Notes: a model not told the origin generated them from the letters alone. Positions 36,970 to 45,206 are shown, numbered from the stretch's first letter. The stretch: 64,000 nt of DNA from a virus (IMGVR_UViG_3300029288_000007:27724-91723), one strand, 5' to 3'. Numbers and translations: made by a program.

Positions 36970-38423
36970 CCATTTTCAACGTAAATTTTTATTCTTTGAA
37001 TTGCGTGTTGGGCCAAAAAATCGTATGGGTCTAAAAAATCGACAAGCAATAAAAAACGTTTTGTCTCTGTTGTTCTAAGACCACGGCCAGGGCCTTGCAA
37101 TGTCATAATTTCAGCCTTGTATCCGCCGCCATTAATAACACAATCCAAAGAAGGAATGTTAAGTCCTTCTCGCCAGGCGTCAGTAGCAATAACGCCCATC
37201 GCTTGTTTTAATTTTAACTCCTCTTTTATTTTTTCCCGGATTTTTCCTGGAGTATTACCCTGAACAATTTTCACAGGAGTGTTATAAATTTCTTCAGCAA
37301 ATGATTTTATCATTTCCGCTTGACCGCCTACTACATCCTTAATCATAACAAGAACGGATAATCCTTGAGAATTTTGAAAACTGATTTCTTTGGCAATCAA
37401 CCGATTTCGCTGTCTGTTTTTTATAATTCCAGCAGTATAAACACCGTCAACAGTAACGTATTCTCCTTCTTCGTTTTTCTTTATCAAATCTTTATAATGA
37501 CGGATTGAAGCAATAGCCGGGCTTATTGGCACAGGGATTAATTTCACCCGGGGTTGGGCGATTATCTTTTTTTTAATGCCTTCTTCCATTGTCAATTCTC
37601 CTATTATGGGGCCTAGATATCCTTCACATACCAGCCCGGCCTTCCCTTTTGCAGTTGTGGCGGTGAAACCAATTCGGATGGGAGCAAGGCAATTTTTAAA
37701 GACAATTGCATATTGCCCATCTTCTTCCGTAATATGGTGCGCCTCATCAGTAATCATTATGTCTGCATCAGCAAGCAATTCCTCAAGGGCTAATTTATTG
37801 GCAAGCAATTCCTCAGAAGTTAATTTGGTTGAAGATTCTTTTTTATTTGACAATAAATTCCGGGCCGTTTGAATCATAATTACATTCACGCGCTCAATTG
37901 AAAACTGTTCATCGCCAATAGTGCCAACGGTGCCAAACCACTTTTTGAATTCTTCTATTGATTGAGTGAACAATGATTTTGTATGAACAATAAAAACAGC
38001 CTTGGATTTTGGAGCCATGGAAATGACGCCGCCAGCCATAACTGTCTTCCCTGAGCCGGTTGGAGATTTGATAACCCCTTGACGATGGATTTTAACGGCA
38101 TTTAGGTTGCGGGACTGGTCTTCTCTAAAAACAATTCCGGGCAAGCAAGGTTCTCCCAATGAGAAGTCATCGGGCAATGGGATAATTTCCAGTTCTATTC
38201 CATTCCGCTGACAATATTCTTTGACCCGGGGTAAAAGGCCCGTAAGTAAAGTCCCTTTCGCCCGGCGAACATCGTGCTTACATAGATATGATTCTCTTTC
38301 TTCCTTGACTTTATTGTATGGCCCTTGTTTCCAATGATGAGATGGGTATTTTAAACAATCCTTAATTGCGTGAATATCCGAACATTCCGCTCTGACAGGG
38401 TCAATAAATTTTATTGTAACCAT
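36960..38423 (-). CDS. SF2 DEAH helicase (UvsW-like)
   Basis: PTGSGKT, DEAH, TAT, EGLNIP, QGPGRGLR. Confidence 0.9.
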   Translation of the reverse strand: MVTIKFIDPVRAECSDIHAIKDCLKYPSHHWKQGPYNKVKEERESYLCKHDVRRAKGTLLTGLLPRVKEYCQRNGIELEIIPLPDDFSLGEPCLPGIVFREDQSRNLNAVKIHRQGVIKSPTGSGKTVMAGGVISMAPKSKAVFIVHTKSLFTQSIEEFKKWFGTVGTIGDEQFSIERVNVIMIQTARNLLSNKKESSTKLTSEELLANKLALEELLADADIMITDEAHHITEEDGQYAIVFKNCLAPIRIGFTATTAKGKAGLVCEGYLGPIIGELTMEEGIKKKIIAQPRVKLIPVPISPAIASIRHYKDLIKKNEEGEYVTVDGVYTAGIIKNRQRNRLIAKEISFQNSQGLSVLVMIKDVVGGQAEMIKSFAEEIYNTPVKIVQGNTPGKIREKIKEELKLKQAMGVIATDAWREGLNIPSLDCVINGGGYKAEIMTLQGPGRGLRTTETKRFLLLVDFLDPYDFLAQHAIQRIKIYVENGWM

Positions 38424-38427
38424 GATT

Positions 38428-38691
38428 TTAAAACGGGACTTTGGCCAATTCCGCCTCTTCTATTTTTTGTAACTCTTCTTCAGTTAAAGGATTATCTTTG
38501 TCATATTTCCTGTGGCAATGAGGGCACAATAATCTGAACCGTTCTTTTTTATATTTTTTTATGTCAAGTGTTCTTCGGTTTTTCCCTCTGCTTTCTCCAA
38601 AATTATATCGAAAACCTATTTTTATGAGCGAATTGTAATTTATAAATATCATTTTCTGGGCATTCTTCGCATTTTGCCCCAAATTCTTCAA
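38428..38691 (-). CDS. hypothetical protein (LLCPHCH)
   Basis: C-terminal CxxCH; start uncertain. Confidence 0.4.
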   Translation of the reverse strand: MKNLGQNAKNAQKMIFINYNSLIKIGFRYNFGESRGKNRRTLDIKKYKKERFRLLCPHCHRKYDKDNPLTEEELQKIEEAELAKVPF

Positions 38692-38787
38692 TTAATTCTA
38701 ATCTTAATTTCCGAACACGCTCGTTTGAGCTATGTTTTGACTTGTAATTTTCTTGGCTTTCTGACATTAATTAAAATTCCTTTCGGG

Positions 38788-38944
38788 AAGCAGGGAGGGG
38801 TTTGATACCCTCATGAGGTTAGTTTGGGCTCTCACCACGTTTCTTCTGGTATCTAGTGCACTAGCCAGATTAACATTCGTCCCTCAGTTTTCAGCAAGTC
38901 TTATCCCTCGCCTTATCCGCGTCTGTACTCTTCCGCCACCTGCT
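38788..38944 (-). ncRNA. tRNA-Leu-like RNA with ~105-nt insert replacing anticodon and variable arms
   Basis: AGCAGG/CCTGCT acceptor, TGGCGGAA..AGACGC D-arm, GAGGG-TATCAAAC-CCCTC T-arm; begins ~7 nt after the -10 at 38952-38957. Confidence 0.6.
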
Positions 38945-38951
38945 AACTTTT

Positions 38952-38985
38952 ATTATACTCCCATTAAAACAATTCTACAAAACTT
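38952..38985 (-). promoter_or_regulatory. putative phage promoter (GGAGTATAAT family)
   Basis: TTTTGT...GGGAGTATAAT directly upstream of the tRNA-like RNA. Confidence 0.65.
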
Positions 38986-39347
38986 TCTATTTCGCGAACT
39001 GTTTTCTTCGCATAAGCGCGGTCTTGCCACTTCTTTGCCAAGTAAGTAACCAGCCGGGTTCTGATAACAGAGGCCTTACCCCAGCGTCCATTGGGAGTAA
39101 AGAACACTTCTGCCATTTCCCTTGGGCTGTTTAAAACGATTTCAATAATCTGTTTTGCTTCATCAGACATTTCTTTATATCTTTCAGAAATGGCCATCTC
39201 CTCTTCCTTTCTTTCAAGCAAAGATAGAGGGTTGTTTTCATCTGTCAACACGTTGCACAATTCTGGCAAATCATATGTGACATAGTTATTAATGTCTGCT
39301 GCGACTAAAGCGGCGTTGAACGATATGGTATCAATTGGTCTCCCCAT
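38964..39347 (-). CDS. hypothetical helical protein (possible transcription factor)
   Basis: AAGGAGG SD; MSDEAKQIIEIVL weakly resembles sigma region 4 starts. Confidence 0.6.
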   Translation of the reverse strand: MGRPIDTISFNAALVAADINNYVTYDLPELCNVLTDENNPLSLLERKEEEMAISERYKEMSDEAKQIIEIVLNSPREMAEVFFTPNGRWGKASVIRTRLVTYLAKKWQDRAYAKKTVREIESFVELF

Positions 39348-39595
39348 GATTTGTGGCCTCCTTTGCCTTTAAAAAGTTGAATATCATTTTCCCCTTTTTG
39401 CAACTCTTGCAGCCCAGATAATTTTTTGATTTTCTATTCATGCACGCTTTGACATCCAACTGGTAATTCCTTTTATTGCAATAAATTGTTTGGGCCAATT
39501 TAAAATCTTTACAAATCTTTTCCCCCTTTGCAAGTTGGGTAATCTAAGCATAAATTACACGTCATTGCGGGCAGCGTTTGTCTTGTTATTTCCAT
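39331..39595 (-). pseudogene. Cys-rich small gene with +1 frameshift in G5A4 run
   Basis: AAGGAG SD, MEITRQTLPAMTCNLCLDYPTCKGG continues in +1 frame KICKDF...GCKSCKKG...; 265 nt = 88 codons + 1. Confidence 0.5.
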
Positions 39596-39752
39596 GTTTC
39601 TGCTCCTTTTTAGATATTCGCCGGGCTGCTTTTTCTAAAATATCAGAAAACAATTTGGTTTCTGATATCACTCTCTTCTTTGCTTCCATGGCCAATACTT
39701 GCCTTGCCGTTTTTAAAATATAAGCAGATACCACAATTTTACTTGATGGCAT
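39555..39752 (-). CDS. ribbon-helix-helix-like small protein
   Basis: GGAGG SD before MPSSKIVVSAYI; strand-helix-helix pattern. Confidence 0.55.
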   Translation of the reverse strand: MPSSKIVVSAYILKTARQVLAMEAKKRVISETKLFSDILEKAARRISKKEQKHGNNKTNAARNDV

Positions 39753-39787
39753 GATTAAACCCTCCATAAATGTTTTTTGATTTTTGC

Positions 39788-39862
39788 CTGGCACGGCAGG
39801 ATTTTAACCTGCGCTCCCATCCCGGTTGGGACAGTGTCCTGACCACATTAAACGACGTGCCA
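39788..39862 (-). ncRNA. tRNA-Gln-like pseudo-tRNA without canonical anticodon loop
   Basis: TGGCACG/CGTGCCA acceptor, G73, D-arm, 7-bp stem with AACC tetraloop, T-arm GCAGG-TTAAAAT-CCTGC. Confidence 0.68.
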
Positions 39863-39908
39863 AACAAAAAGTTTTTAAAGCTTTTTTAAAAAAAAGTAAA
39901 GATATTTC

Positions 39909-40688
39909 TTAAAAATAAAAGGCCCGGCGCATGGCGCTTTCAATCGCGGCCTTCTTCAAATGACTCTCCACCCGGTGCGTAACATATTGGCAAAGAATAT
40001 TAAAGAACAGCCATACAGATAGAGTTCTCAATTTCATTGCGTCCATTGTTATTCCGGAGGAGACTTCAACCTCTTCCCCGATTGCCGCAACGTCTTTATT
40101 TGCCAATGGAAGCGCATTTATCACTCGCTCATATTCGTTGGGCATTGTGATTCTGTCAACCCATTTTTCCCAAATGCGTTTCTGTTCAGATAAATGCTCC
40201 ATTGAAGAAATCAATGTCGCCGATACGTTCTCTGCGTTGAAAGAGGTATCGTGCCGTGTTTTGTATGCAAAAATCTTTTCGCCGATTGTCAAACCGTTCT
40301 TACAAACAAGCCTGTATGCGCCAAAGAAAATCTTGCGCGCCCATCCCAAATCATAACTGTTAAGCATATCAATTTGAGGATGAAGTAAATCGTGTTTGCC
40401 AACGTTGACTTCGACTTCTTCAAAGACATAAGTCGCTCTCATTTTCGCGCCGCCATCGTATAATTTAATTGTTTCAGTTGGCTTGCCGTATTCTGGCATT
40501 TTTGCCATGACCTGGTGAATGGTTTCAATCATCTGCTCGTGAGGAGTCAAAACGTAATCCTCGCTGACAACGCTAAAAACATTCCCGTTGTCAGGGTTGA
40601 TGATTGCTTTGTATCCATCTATCTTCGACCCGGGCCTGCCTAATTGAGTCAAGAAAACCGGCCTTTGTTCTACTTTTGGAAAATCCAT
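39909..40688 (-). CDS. DUF932-family protein
   Basis: VVSEDY..H, NSYD, RLVCKNGL, RH motifs. Confidence 0.8.
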   Translation of the reverse strand: MDFPKVEQRPVFLTQLGRPGSKIDGYKAIINPDNGNVFSVVSEDYVLTPHEQMIETIHQVMAKMPEYGKPTETIKLYDGGAKMRATYVFEEVEVNVGKHDLLHPQIDMLNSYDLGWARKIFFGAYRLVCKNGLTIGEKIFAYKTRHDTSFNAENVSATLISSMEHLSEQKRIWEKWVDRITMPNEYERVINALPLANKDVAAIGEEVEVSSGITMDAMKLRTLSVWLFFNILCQYVTHRVESHLKKAAIESAMRRAFYF

Positions 40689-40727
40689 AATTTTCTCCTT
40701 TCAAAAAATTAATTGTTAAAAATCTTT

Positions 40728-40859
40728 TTATCCCCAATTTGCCTTTCTTGCTTTTTGCTCCCTTTTATATTTATCATACTCCGGCCTTAATTCCCAGCCG
40801 ATATATAATCCGCAAGCCGCAATTACTAATCCCCAAAACAACAATTCGATAAATGTCAT
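40728..40859 (-). CDS. small membrane protein (43 aa, not in ORF track)
   Basis: AGGAGG SD, MTFIELLFWGLVIAACGLYIGW; contains promoter variant GGAGTATGAT at 40773-40782. Confidence 0.55.
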   Translation of the reverse strand: MTFIELLFWGLVIAACGLYIGWELRPEYDKYKREQKARKANWG

Positions 40860-41077
40860 GATTTTTCCTCCTTGATTTTAAATTTATTAAGTACCGCCAA
40901 AGCTTTTCCGTGAACAGCGCGGCCCTTATGATAAAGAGTATCAAAGCGCCGGGACGCCCATTCACTACTTAAATGATACGTATATGATTTACTGGACTTG
41001 TCGTCATTGACAATTATAACAGAAATATCAATCAAGCCCTCTGGCCATCTTACTGTTGACTCATGTATCAAATACAT
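40856..41077 (-). CDS. hypothetical early protein
   Basis: AAGGAG SD before MYLIHEST. Confidence 0.6.
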   Translation of the reverse strand: MYLIHESTVRWPEGLIDISVIIVNDDKSSKSYTYHLSSEWASRRFDTLYHKGRAVHGKALAVLNKFKIKEEKS

Positions 41078-41078
41078 T

Positions 41079-41231
41079 TCATTTCTCCTTTGGTAAATTT
41101 CTGATATCAGCAAACCTCTCTATTTGAAAATTTGAATAGTTTGAAATCTTTTCCATTAAGTAAACAAACCGTCCCCTCTTTGTCTTTTTTGGAATTATTC
41201 CCAACAGTTTTTTTCTCCTTGCTTCCCCCAT
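41079..41231 (-). CDS. small basic protein (50 aa, not in ORF track)
   Basis: AGGAG SD, MGEARRKK. Confidence 0.55.
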   Translation of the reverse strand: MGEARRKKLLGIIPKKTKRGRFVYLMEKISNYSNFQIERFADIRNLPKEK

Positions 41232-41250
41232 GAGAATTCTCCTTTCCTGT

Positions 41251-41700
41251 TTATAAATTGATTAAATCAAAACCAGGGTTCTTATAAAGGTTCGGCATTG
41301 CCGCGACATAAGTTACTTTTTTGTATTCCCCCATGTCCTGACCTTTAATCAATCTCGTTTCTTTAAAAAAACCATCATTAACAATTCTGTGGGTACAACC
41401 AAAGCCAAAGTCGCCAAGACAATCGCTTGTCGGTTTGTAGGACGCCATAACTTCATCTACGGAAGTAACAATCCCCTTTTGAAGTTGCCGGTATGGCCGC
41501 CCTGTCCACAAGGTCATAAAAACATCCCCTAACTTTAATTCTTCACCATGAAGAGGAGTTCCCTTTTCCCATTCCTGAGCAAGTCTTTTCTGTTTTTCTA
41601 TAAAAGAATGCTTTGGGCAGTTTTTAGCAAATTGTAAAAATTTATTGACTGACTCTCTTTTCCTTCTTTTTACTTCCATAAAAGATAATTGCTCTTTCAT
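41251..41700 (-). CDS. hypothetical early protein
   Basis: AAGGAGG SD; N-terminal QLSF motif. Confidence 0.7.
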   Translation of the reverse strand: MKEQLSFMEVKRRKRESVNKFLQFAKNCPKHSFIEKQKRLAQEWEKGTPLHGEELKLGDVFMTLWTGRPYRQLQKGIVTSVDEVMASYKPTSDCLGDFGFGCTHRIVNDGFFKETRLIKGQDMGEYKKVTYVAAMPNLYKNPGFDLINL

Positions 41701-41712
41701 TTTTCGGCCTCC

Positions 41713-41949
41713 TTATTTTACCTTTCTTGCTTTTGTGATTATGGTAGGGTATATGTATTTTTGGTAATCCTCTTTGTTCATTGTTGCGTCAGATGTAATA
41801 CGCATAGGAACGTTAATTTCTCCAATATTAAATCCGCCAATAACAACACGTACCGTTCCTTTATCGTTGTGAGTTACGGTAACAATCTGTTCATTAAGCT
41901 TAAATTGCGAAGATATAGGCGCTGGCATAACATACTCTTCTATTTTCAT
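41713..41949 (-). CDS. hypothetical early protein
   Basis: Same leader AAGGAGGCCGAAAAATG as next gene; start MKIEEY. Confidence 0.65.
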   Translation of the reverse strand: MKIEEYVMPAPISSQFKLNEQIVTVTHNDKGTVRVVIGGFNIGEINVPMRITSDATMNKEDYQKYIYPTIITKARKVK

Positions 41950-42135
41950 TTTTCGGCCTCCTTTATAAAAGGCGCGGTTGGAGTGTCCTGACTCCTGACC
42001 AGTTTTCAACTTGTACTTTTTGTTGACATCTTTGCCAAGTTCGGTCTTCGTGGGCTCCCTGTAATCTCCAACCGCTCCAATCTCTATTTGGATAAATAGC
42101 GTTTTTTGTTTATTGACATTTTTGTTTCTTTTCTA

Positions 42136-42267
42136 TTAATTGCCGCAGAAGTTCCAAATTTTCTTTTTTCTTTCTGCTCCTTGAATCCGTTTTTCTTTGG
42201 CGTGTCTTACTATCTCTTTTCTTTCCTTTTCGCTATGGCTTGCCAGAGTCTTCGGTTTTGCTTTCAT
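42136..42267 (-). CDS. small basic protein (43 aa), first early ORF (not in ORF track)
   Basis: AAGGAGG SD, MKAKPKTLASHSEKERKE. Confidence 0.5.
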   Translation of the reverse strand: MKAKPKTLASHSEKERKEIVRHAKEKRIQGAERKKKIWNFCGN

Positions 42268-42550
42268 AAATCCCTCCTTTTTCTCGTTTGGCTTATAAAA
42301 ATTTATTCAAAACCATTATAGAGTGGTCTGCATCCCGTCGAATCGCCCGGGAATCTCCCTGTAGTCTTATAATGGGTTTGATAAGTTCTTATTGCTTGCC
42401 TGAGCATCATCAGGATTAACGCACCTTTGGTGCGGGTTCGCCCCACAACTAGATTTGTGGTTCCACCATTTTCAAAAACCAGTCAGCCGTTTTTTATTCG
42501 CTTCAAAATTTGGTTCGGACACCGCCCTGCAACCTCTTTCTGATATTTAT

Positions 42551-42608
42551 TTTTCAAAGAACCTTTCTTCCTTGCCCTTTAGTATAGTAATCTTTTTAGA
42601 AAAGTAAA
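42551..42608 (-). promoter_or_regulatory. putative early sigma70 promoter followed by boxA
   Basis: TTTACT-N16-TATACT (42608-42581), then GTTCTTTGAAAA (42562-42551). Confidence 0.6.
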
Positions 42609-42675
42609 GGAATATTTTTGGAAAGTCGGAAAGTATTTTGGCTTTTCAAATTATATCAAAGAGTTATAGACGAAG

Positions 42676-42733
42676 ATTTTTAAGTTTTTTAAAAGTTTTT
42701 TAAAAGTTTTTTAAAAGTTTTTTAAAAGTTTTT
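42676..42733. repeat. 11-bp tandem repeat AAAAGTTTTTT, about 5 copies
   Basis: Seen directly; helically phased A/T tracts. Confidence 0.85.
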
Positions 42734-42734
42734 C

Positions 42735-42811
42735 CAAAAAAGATGCCCCGGTAGGGAAAGGATAAAAGCTACCGGGGCAAAGAAGTCAGGCCGGGGGAAA
42801 GTCAGCCTGAC
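42735..42811 (-). terminator. double hairpin ending the late operon (intrinsic terminator)
   Basis: GTCAGGC/GCCTGAC stem, then TGCCCCGGTAG/CTACCGGGGCA stem followed by U6. Confidence 0.78.
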
Positions 42812-42814
42812 GAG

Positions 42815-43507
42815 TTATTCATTTGGGAATGGCGTATAGTAAGCAGAAACAGTTCCTTTATCCACGCCTCCACTCATTGCTGCCTTTTTCCAAGTCAAAT
42901 TACCGCTGGTTTCGGCCAACGCAATTGAATTTCCTGCTGTACCTGCAACGGTTGCGTTAACAATTAACGTCGTTGCATCAACCGTCGATGCGGTTGCAGA
43001 CGGATGAGCCGCAGCGCAATTATAAGCAATTCCATCTCCCGTTGCTCCAATGGAACTACGATTAATGGCAATCTTTAAGTATGCCAACGCGGTTGCCGCT
43101 GAACCGCCAATCAACACATAACCTTCCGATGCCAGACTTGCTGTTTGAAATTTATATCTTTTGGTATCAATGGTAACAGTATCTCCCGACGTCAAAGCGC
43201 CTCCGGCGGTCAAAGTTGATGTTGCTGCTGTTCCAGAATTGTAAATTGTGATATTCGCCCTGACATATTCTGCCGGTTTGTCAGAGGCATAAATTACTTT
43301 GCCTCCAGCTGTAAAATCAGCAGCAACAAAATCTCTTGTCGCAACAGTACTCCACAAATTGCCACTAATGCTGATTTCCAAGCTTACAGACAAACTTGCA
43401 AACGTTCCAGAAGCAACGATTTCCAAAGAATGAATCGCTTGGGGGGATTGCAATTTTACGCCAGCGCCAGCGCCAGCAACAACAGCAGCATTTAATAATC
43501 TTTTCGT
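42815..43507 (-). CDS. Ala/Thr/Gly-rich virion or decoration-like protein
   Basis: In-frame extension to ACG at 43507, 6 nt after AGGAGG; GDTVTID beta-domain motif. Confidence 0.65.
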   Translation of the reverse strand, partial: TKRLLNAAVVAGAGAGVKLQSPQAIHSLEIVASGTFASLSVSLEISISGNLWSTVATRDFVAADFTAGGKVIYASDKPAEYVRANITIYNSGTAATSTLTAGGALTSGDTVTIDTKRYKFQTASLASEGYVLIGGSAATALAYLKIAINRSSIGATGDGIAYNCAAAHPSATASTVDATTLIVNATVAGTAGNSIALAETSGNLTWKKAAMSGGVDKGTVSAYYTPFPNE

Positions 43508-43539
43508 TTTTATCCTCCTGAGAATTTATTCCCGTTATT

Positions 43540-43776
43540 TTATTTGCTTTCCCAACAAGTCAGAGTTTCTTCCAATTTGAAAGAATAATCTGATAGTGTT
43601 AAATTAAACTTTGTCAGAGTTTTAACCAAGTTTTCTCCTTCCAATTTATCAGGAACAATCAACGTTGGGCGGACTGGTCTTGAACAATATTTAACAATCG
43701 GAGGAATTACAGCCGGGCCGTTACCTGCGCAACCCATTATTAAAATAATCAACAACGTCATTAATAATTTTTTCAT
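43540..43776 (-). CDS. o-spanin lipoprotein (Rz1-like)
   Basis: Lipobox IMG-C, Pro-rich, overlaps i-spanin. Confidence 0.8.
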   Translation of the reverse strand: MKKLLMTLLIILIMGCAGNGPAVIPPIVKYCSRPVRPTLIVPDKLEGENLVKTLTKFNLTLSDYSFKLEETLTCWESK

Positions 43777-44110
43777 CGCCTTTCTCCATTATGCATTTTG
43801 TTTTTATTTTTTCAACTTCCCTCATCAACTTTGCAGTATCGTTTGTAATCTTTTGATGAGCCAACGCCTGTTTTTTTAATTGTCCAACTTGGTCCTCGTA
43901 ACCTTTTATTTGACACATCAAGGCTTGTTGAGTCTTTTTTAATGCCTCGATATCCTTCGCCTGTTCCACAACCTTGGTTTTTTGTACAGCGATTGTAGTA
44001 CGCTGCAGCAATATCCACCCGGACGCAATTATCAACAAAATGCCCAGAATTAGCAAGCCAAGGTTTTTCGGATTTTTAACAAATCCCCAAATTAAAGATA
44101 ACCAATTCAT
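43721..44110 (-). CDS. i-spanin (Rz-like)
   Basis: N-terminal TM plus coiled coil, follows endolysin. Confidence 0.78.
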   Translation of the reverse strand: MNWLSLIWGFVKNPKNLGLLILGILLIIASGWILLQRTTIAVQKTKVVEQAKDIEALKKTQQALMCQIKGYEDQVGQLKKQALAHQKITNDTAKLMREVEKIKTKCIMEKGDEKIINDVVDYFNNGLRR

Positions 44111-44889
44111 TTTATCCTCCTTTCTAATTTTACATCATCGTATGCATAAGCATTTTCTATTTCTGAAAGGGAAATTTTATCCCTTTGAAACCAAAAAACA
44201 TATGTGGTTGGCAATTTCATATTGTATTTTTGAGAATATTTATAAATCTTTTCTGGGTACGAATAATTAACTTCACAAAAACTCAACCATCGTTTCTTTT
44301 CCCCTTTACCTACCCAAACGCCGCCGCGTACGCAATACTTAAACATTTCCCTGTTTTCACAAACATATTCTCCTTTTTGTTTTAATCCAGCCTCGTAAAA
44401 AAACCAATATCCTCCATTGTAAAAACGATAAGCATCGGCAAGGTTGTTCCCGCAAACTTGAACATATTTATTTGGAGAAATATGATATTTGCTTTTTCCA
44501 ACAGTTATGTTCTCTTGTTTAAACTTTTTATTGATAATCAAACTCATATAAAAAGCCTGTCCTCTGATACTTGATATAGGATTAAGAGGGTCAACAACAA
44601 TATTGTATTTTTGAATATCTTTTAACACCCCCGTGGAAGGAGTAAATTGATATAGACCCTTCCCTCCATCAAAACTAACCAAATCAGCGCGACAATTTGT
44701 TTCTGCTATTGCGCAACCAACGTTGTAATAATAAGGGAAATCCAAACCCAAATATTGAATCGCGGACTGGCGGATATCAGGAATAAAATCCTGGCATCTA
44801 TCAAGACCATAAACAATCGTTTTGATAAGACCAAATAACATAACCAAAACAATTATCCCGATAAAAATTAGTTTTGTTCTGTTACTCAT
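44107..44889 (-). CDS. endolysin, lytic transglycosylase (SLT) with N-terminal signal anchor
   Basis: AETNC catalytic Glu, SFDGGKGLYQFTPST, YNGG; hydrophobic N-terminus. Confidence 0.82.
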   Translation of the reverse strand: MSNRTKLIFIGIIVLVMLFGLIKTIVYGLDRCQDFIPDIRQSAIQYLGLDFPYYYNVGCAIAETNCRADLVSFDGGKGLYQFTPSTGVLKDIQKYNIVVDPLNPISSIRGQAFYMSLIINKKFKQENITVGKSKYHISPNKYVQVCGNNLADAYRFYNGGYWFFYEAGLKQKGEYVCENREMFKYCVRGGVWVGKGEKKRWLSFCEVNYSYPEKIYKYSQKYNMKLPTTYVFWFQRDKISLSEIENAYAYDDVKLERRIK

Positions 44890-44891
44890 TA

Positions 44892-45206
44892 TCAACCACC
44901 CCGGGCAAAGCCCCAAACAATAACTGCATACATGACAATTATCATTAAATTATTGGTCCATTCCTTTTCTGTCTTGAAATTTATGTAACTATACATTAAT
45001 TTTCTTGTTACAAGAAAAACAATGTTTCCCATGCTTATCAAAATGATTTTTGTCATGAGCAATGCGATGAATGCCATTTTTGCCTCATATGAAACGTATT
45101 TTTCTGGGGCCTGCAAAAATAAAAATAAAATAATAAAAATGCAAAATAAATCAAAACTGATTCTCTTTATTCCTATAAAAAAATTCTTTACAAATTGGGC
45201 AAACAT
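44892..45206 (-). CDS. holin (3 TM)
   Basis: Three hydrophobic helices, directly upstream of endolysin. Confidence 0.65.
   Translation of the reverse strand: MFAQFVKNFFIGIKRISFDLFCIFIILFLFLQAPEKYVSYEAKMAFIALLMTKIILISMGNIVFLVTRKLMYSYINFKTEKEWTNNLMIIVMYAVIVWGFARGG

Noticed and set aside
38788-39862. Functional decoding tRNAs, tmRNA or attP site
   Set aside because: No canonical anticodon loops, too short for tmRNA, no integrase in the window
42385-42445. CUGAUGA suggesting a hammerhead ribozyme
   Set aside because: No correctly placed GAAA core and stem I could not be formed
32185-42733. Short repeats (32185, 35131, 42676) as CRISPR arrays
   Set aside because: Tandem or near-adjacent repeats with no unique spacers; no cas genes
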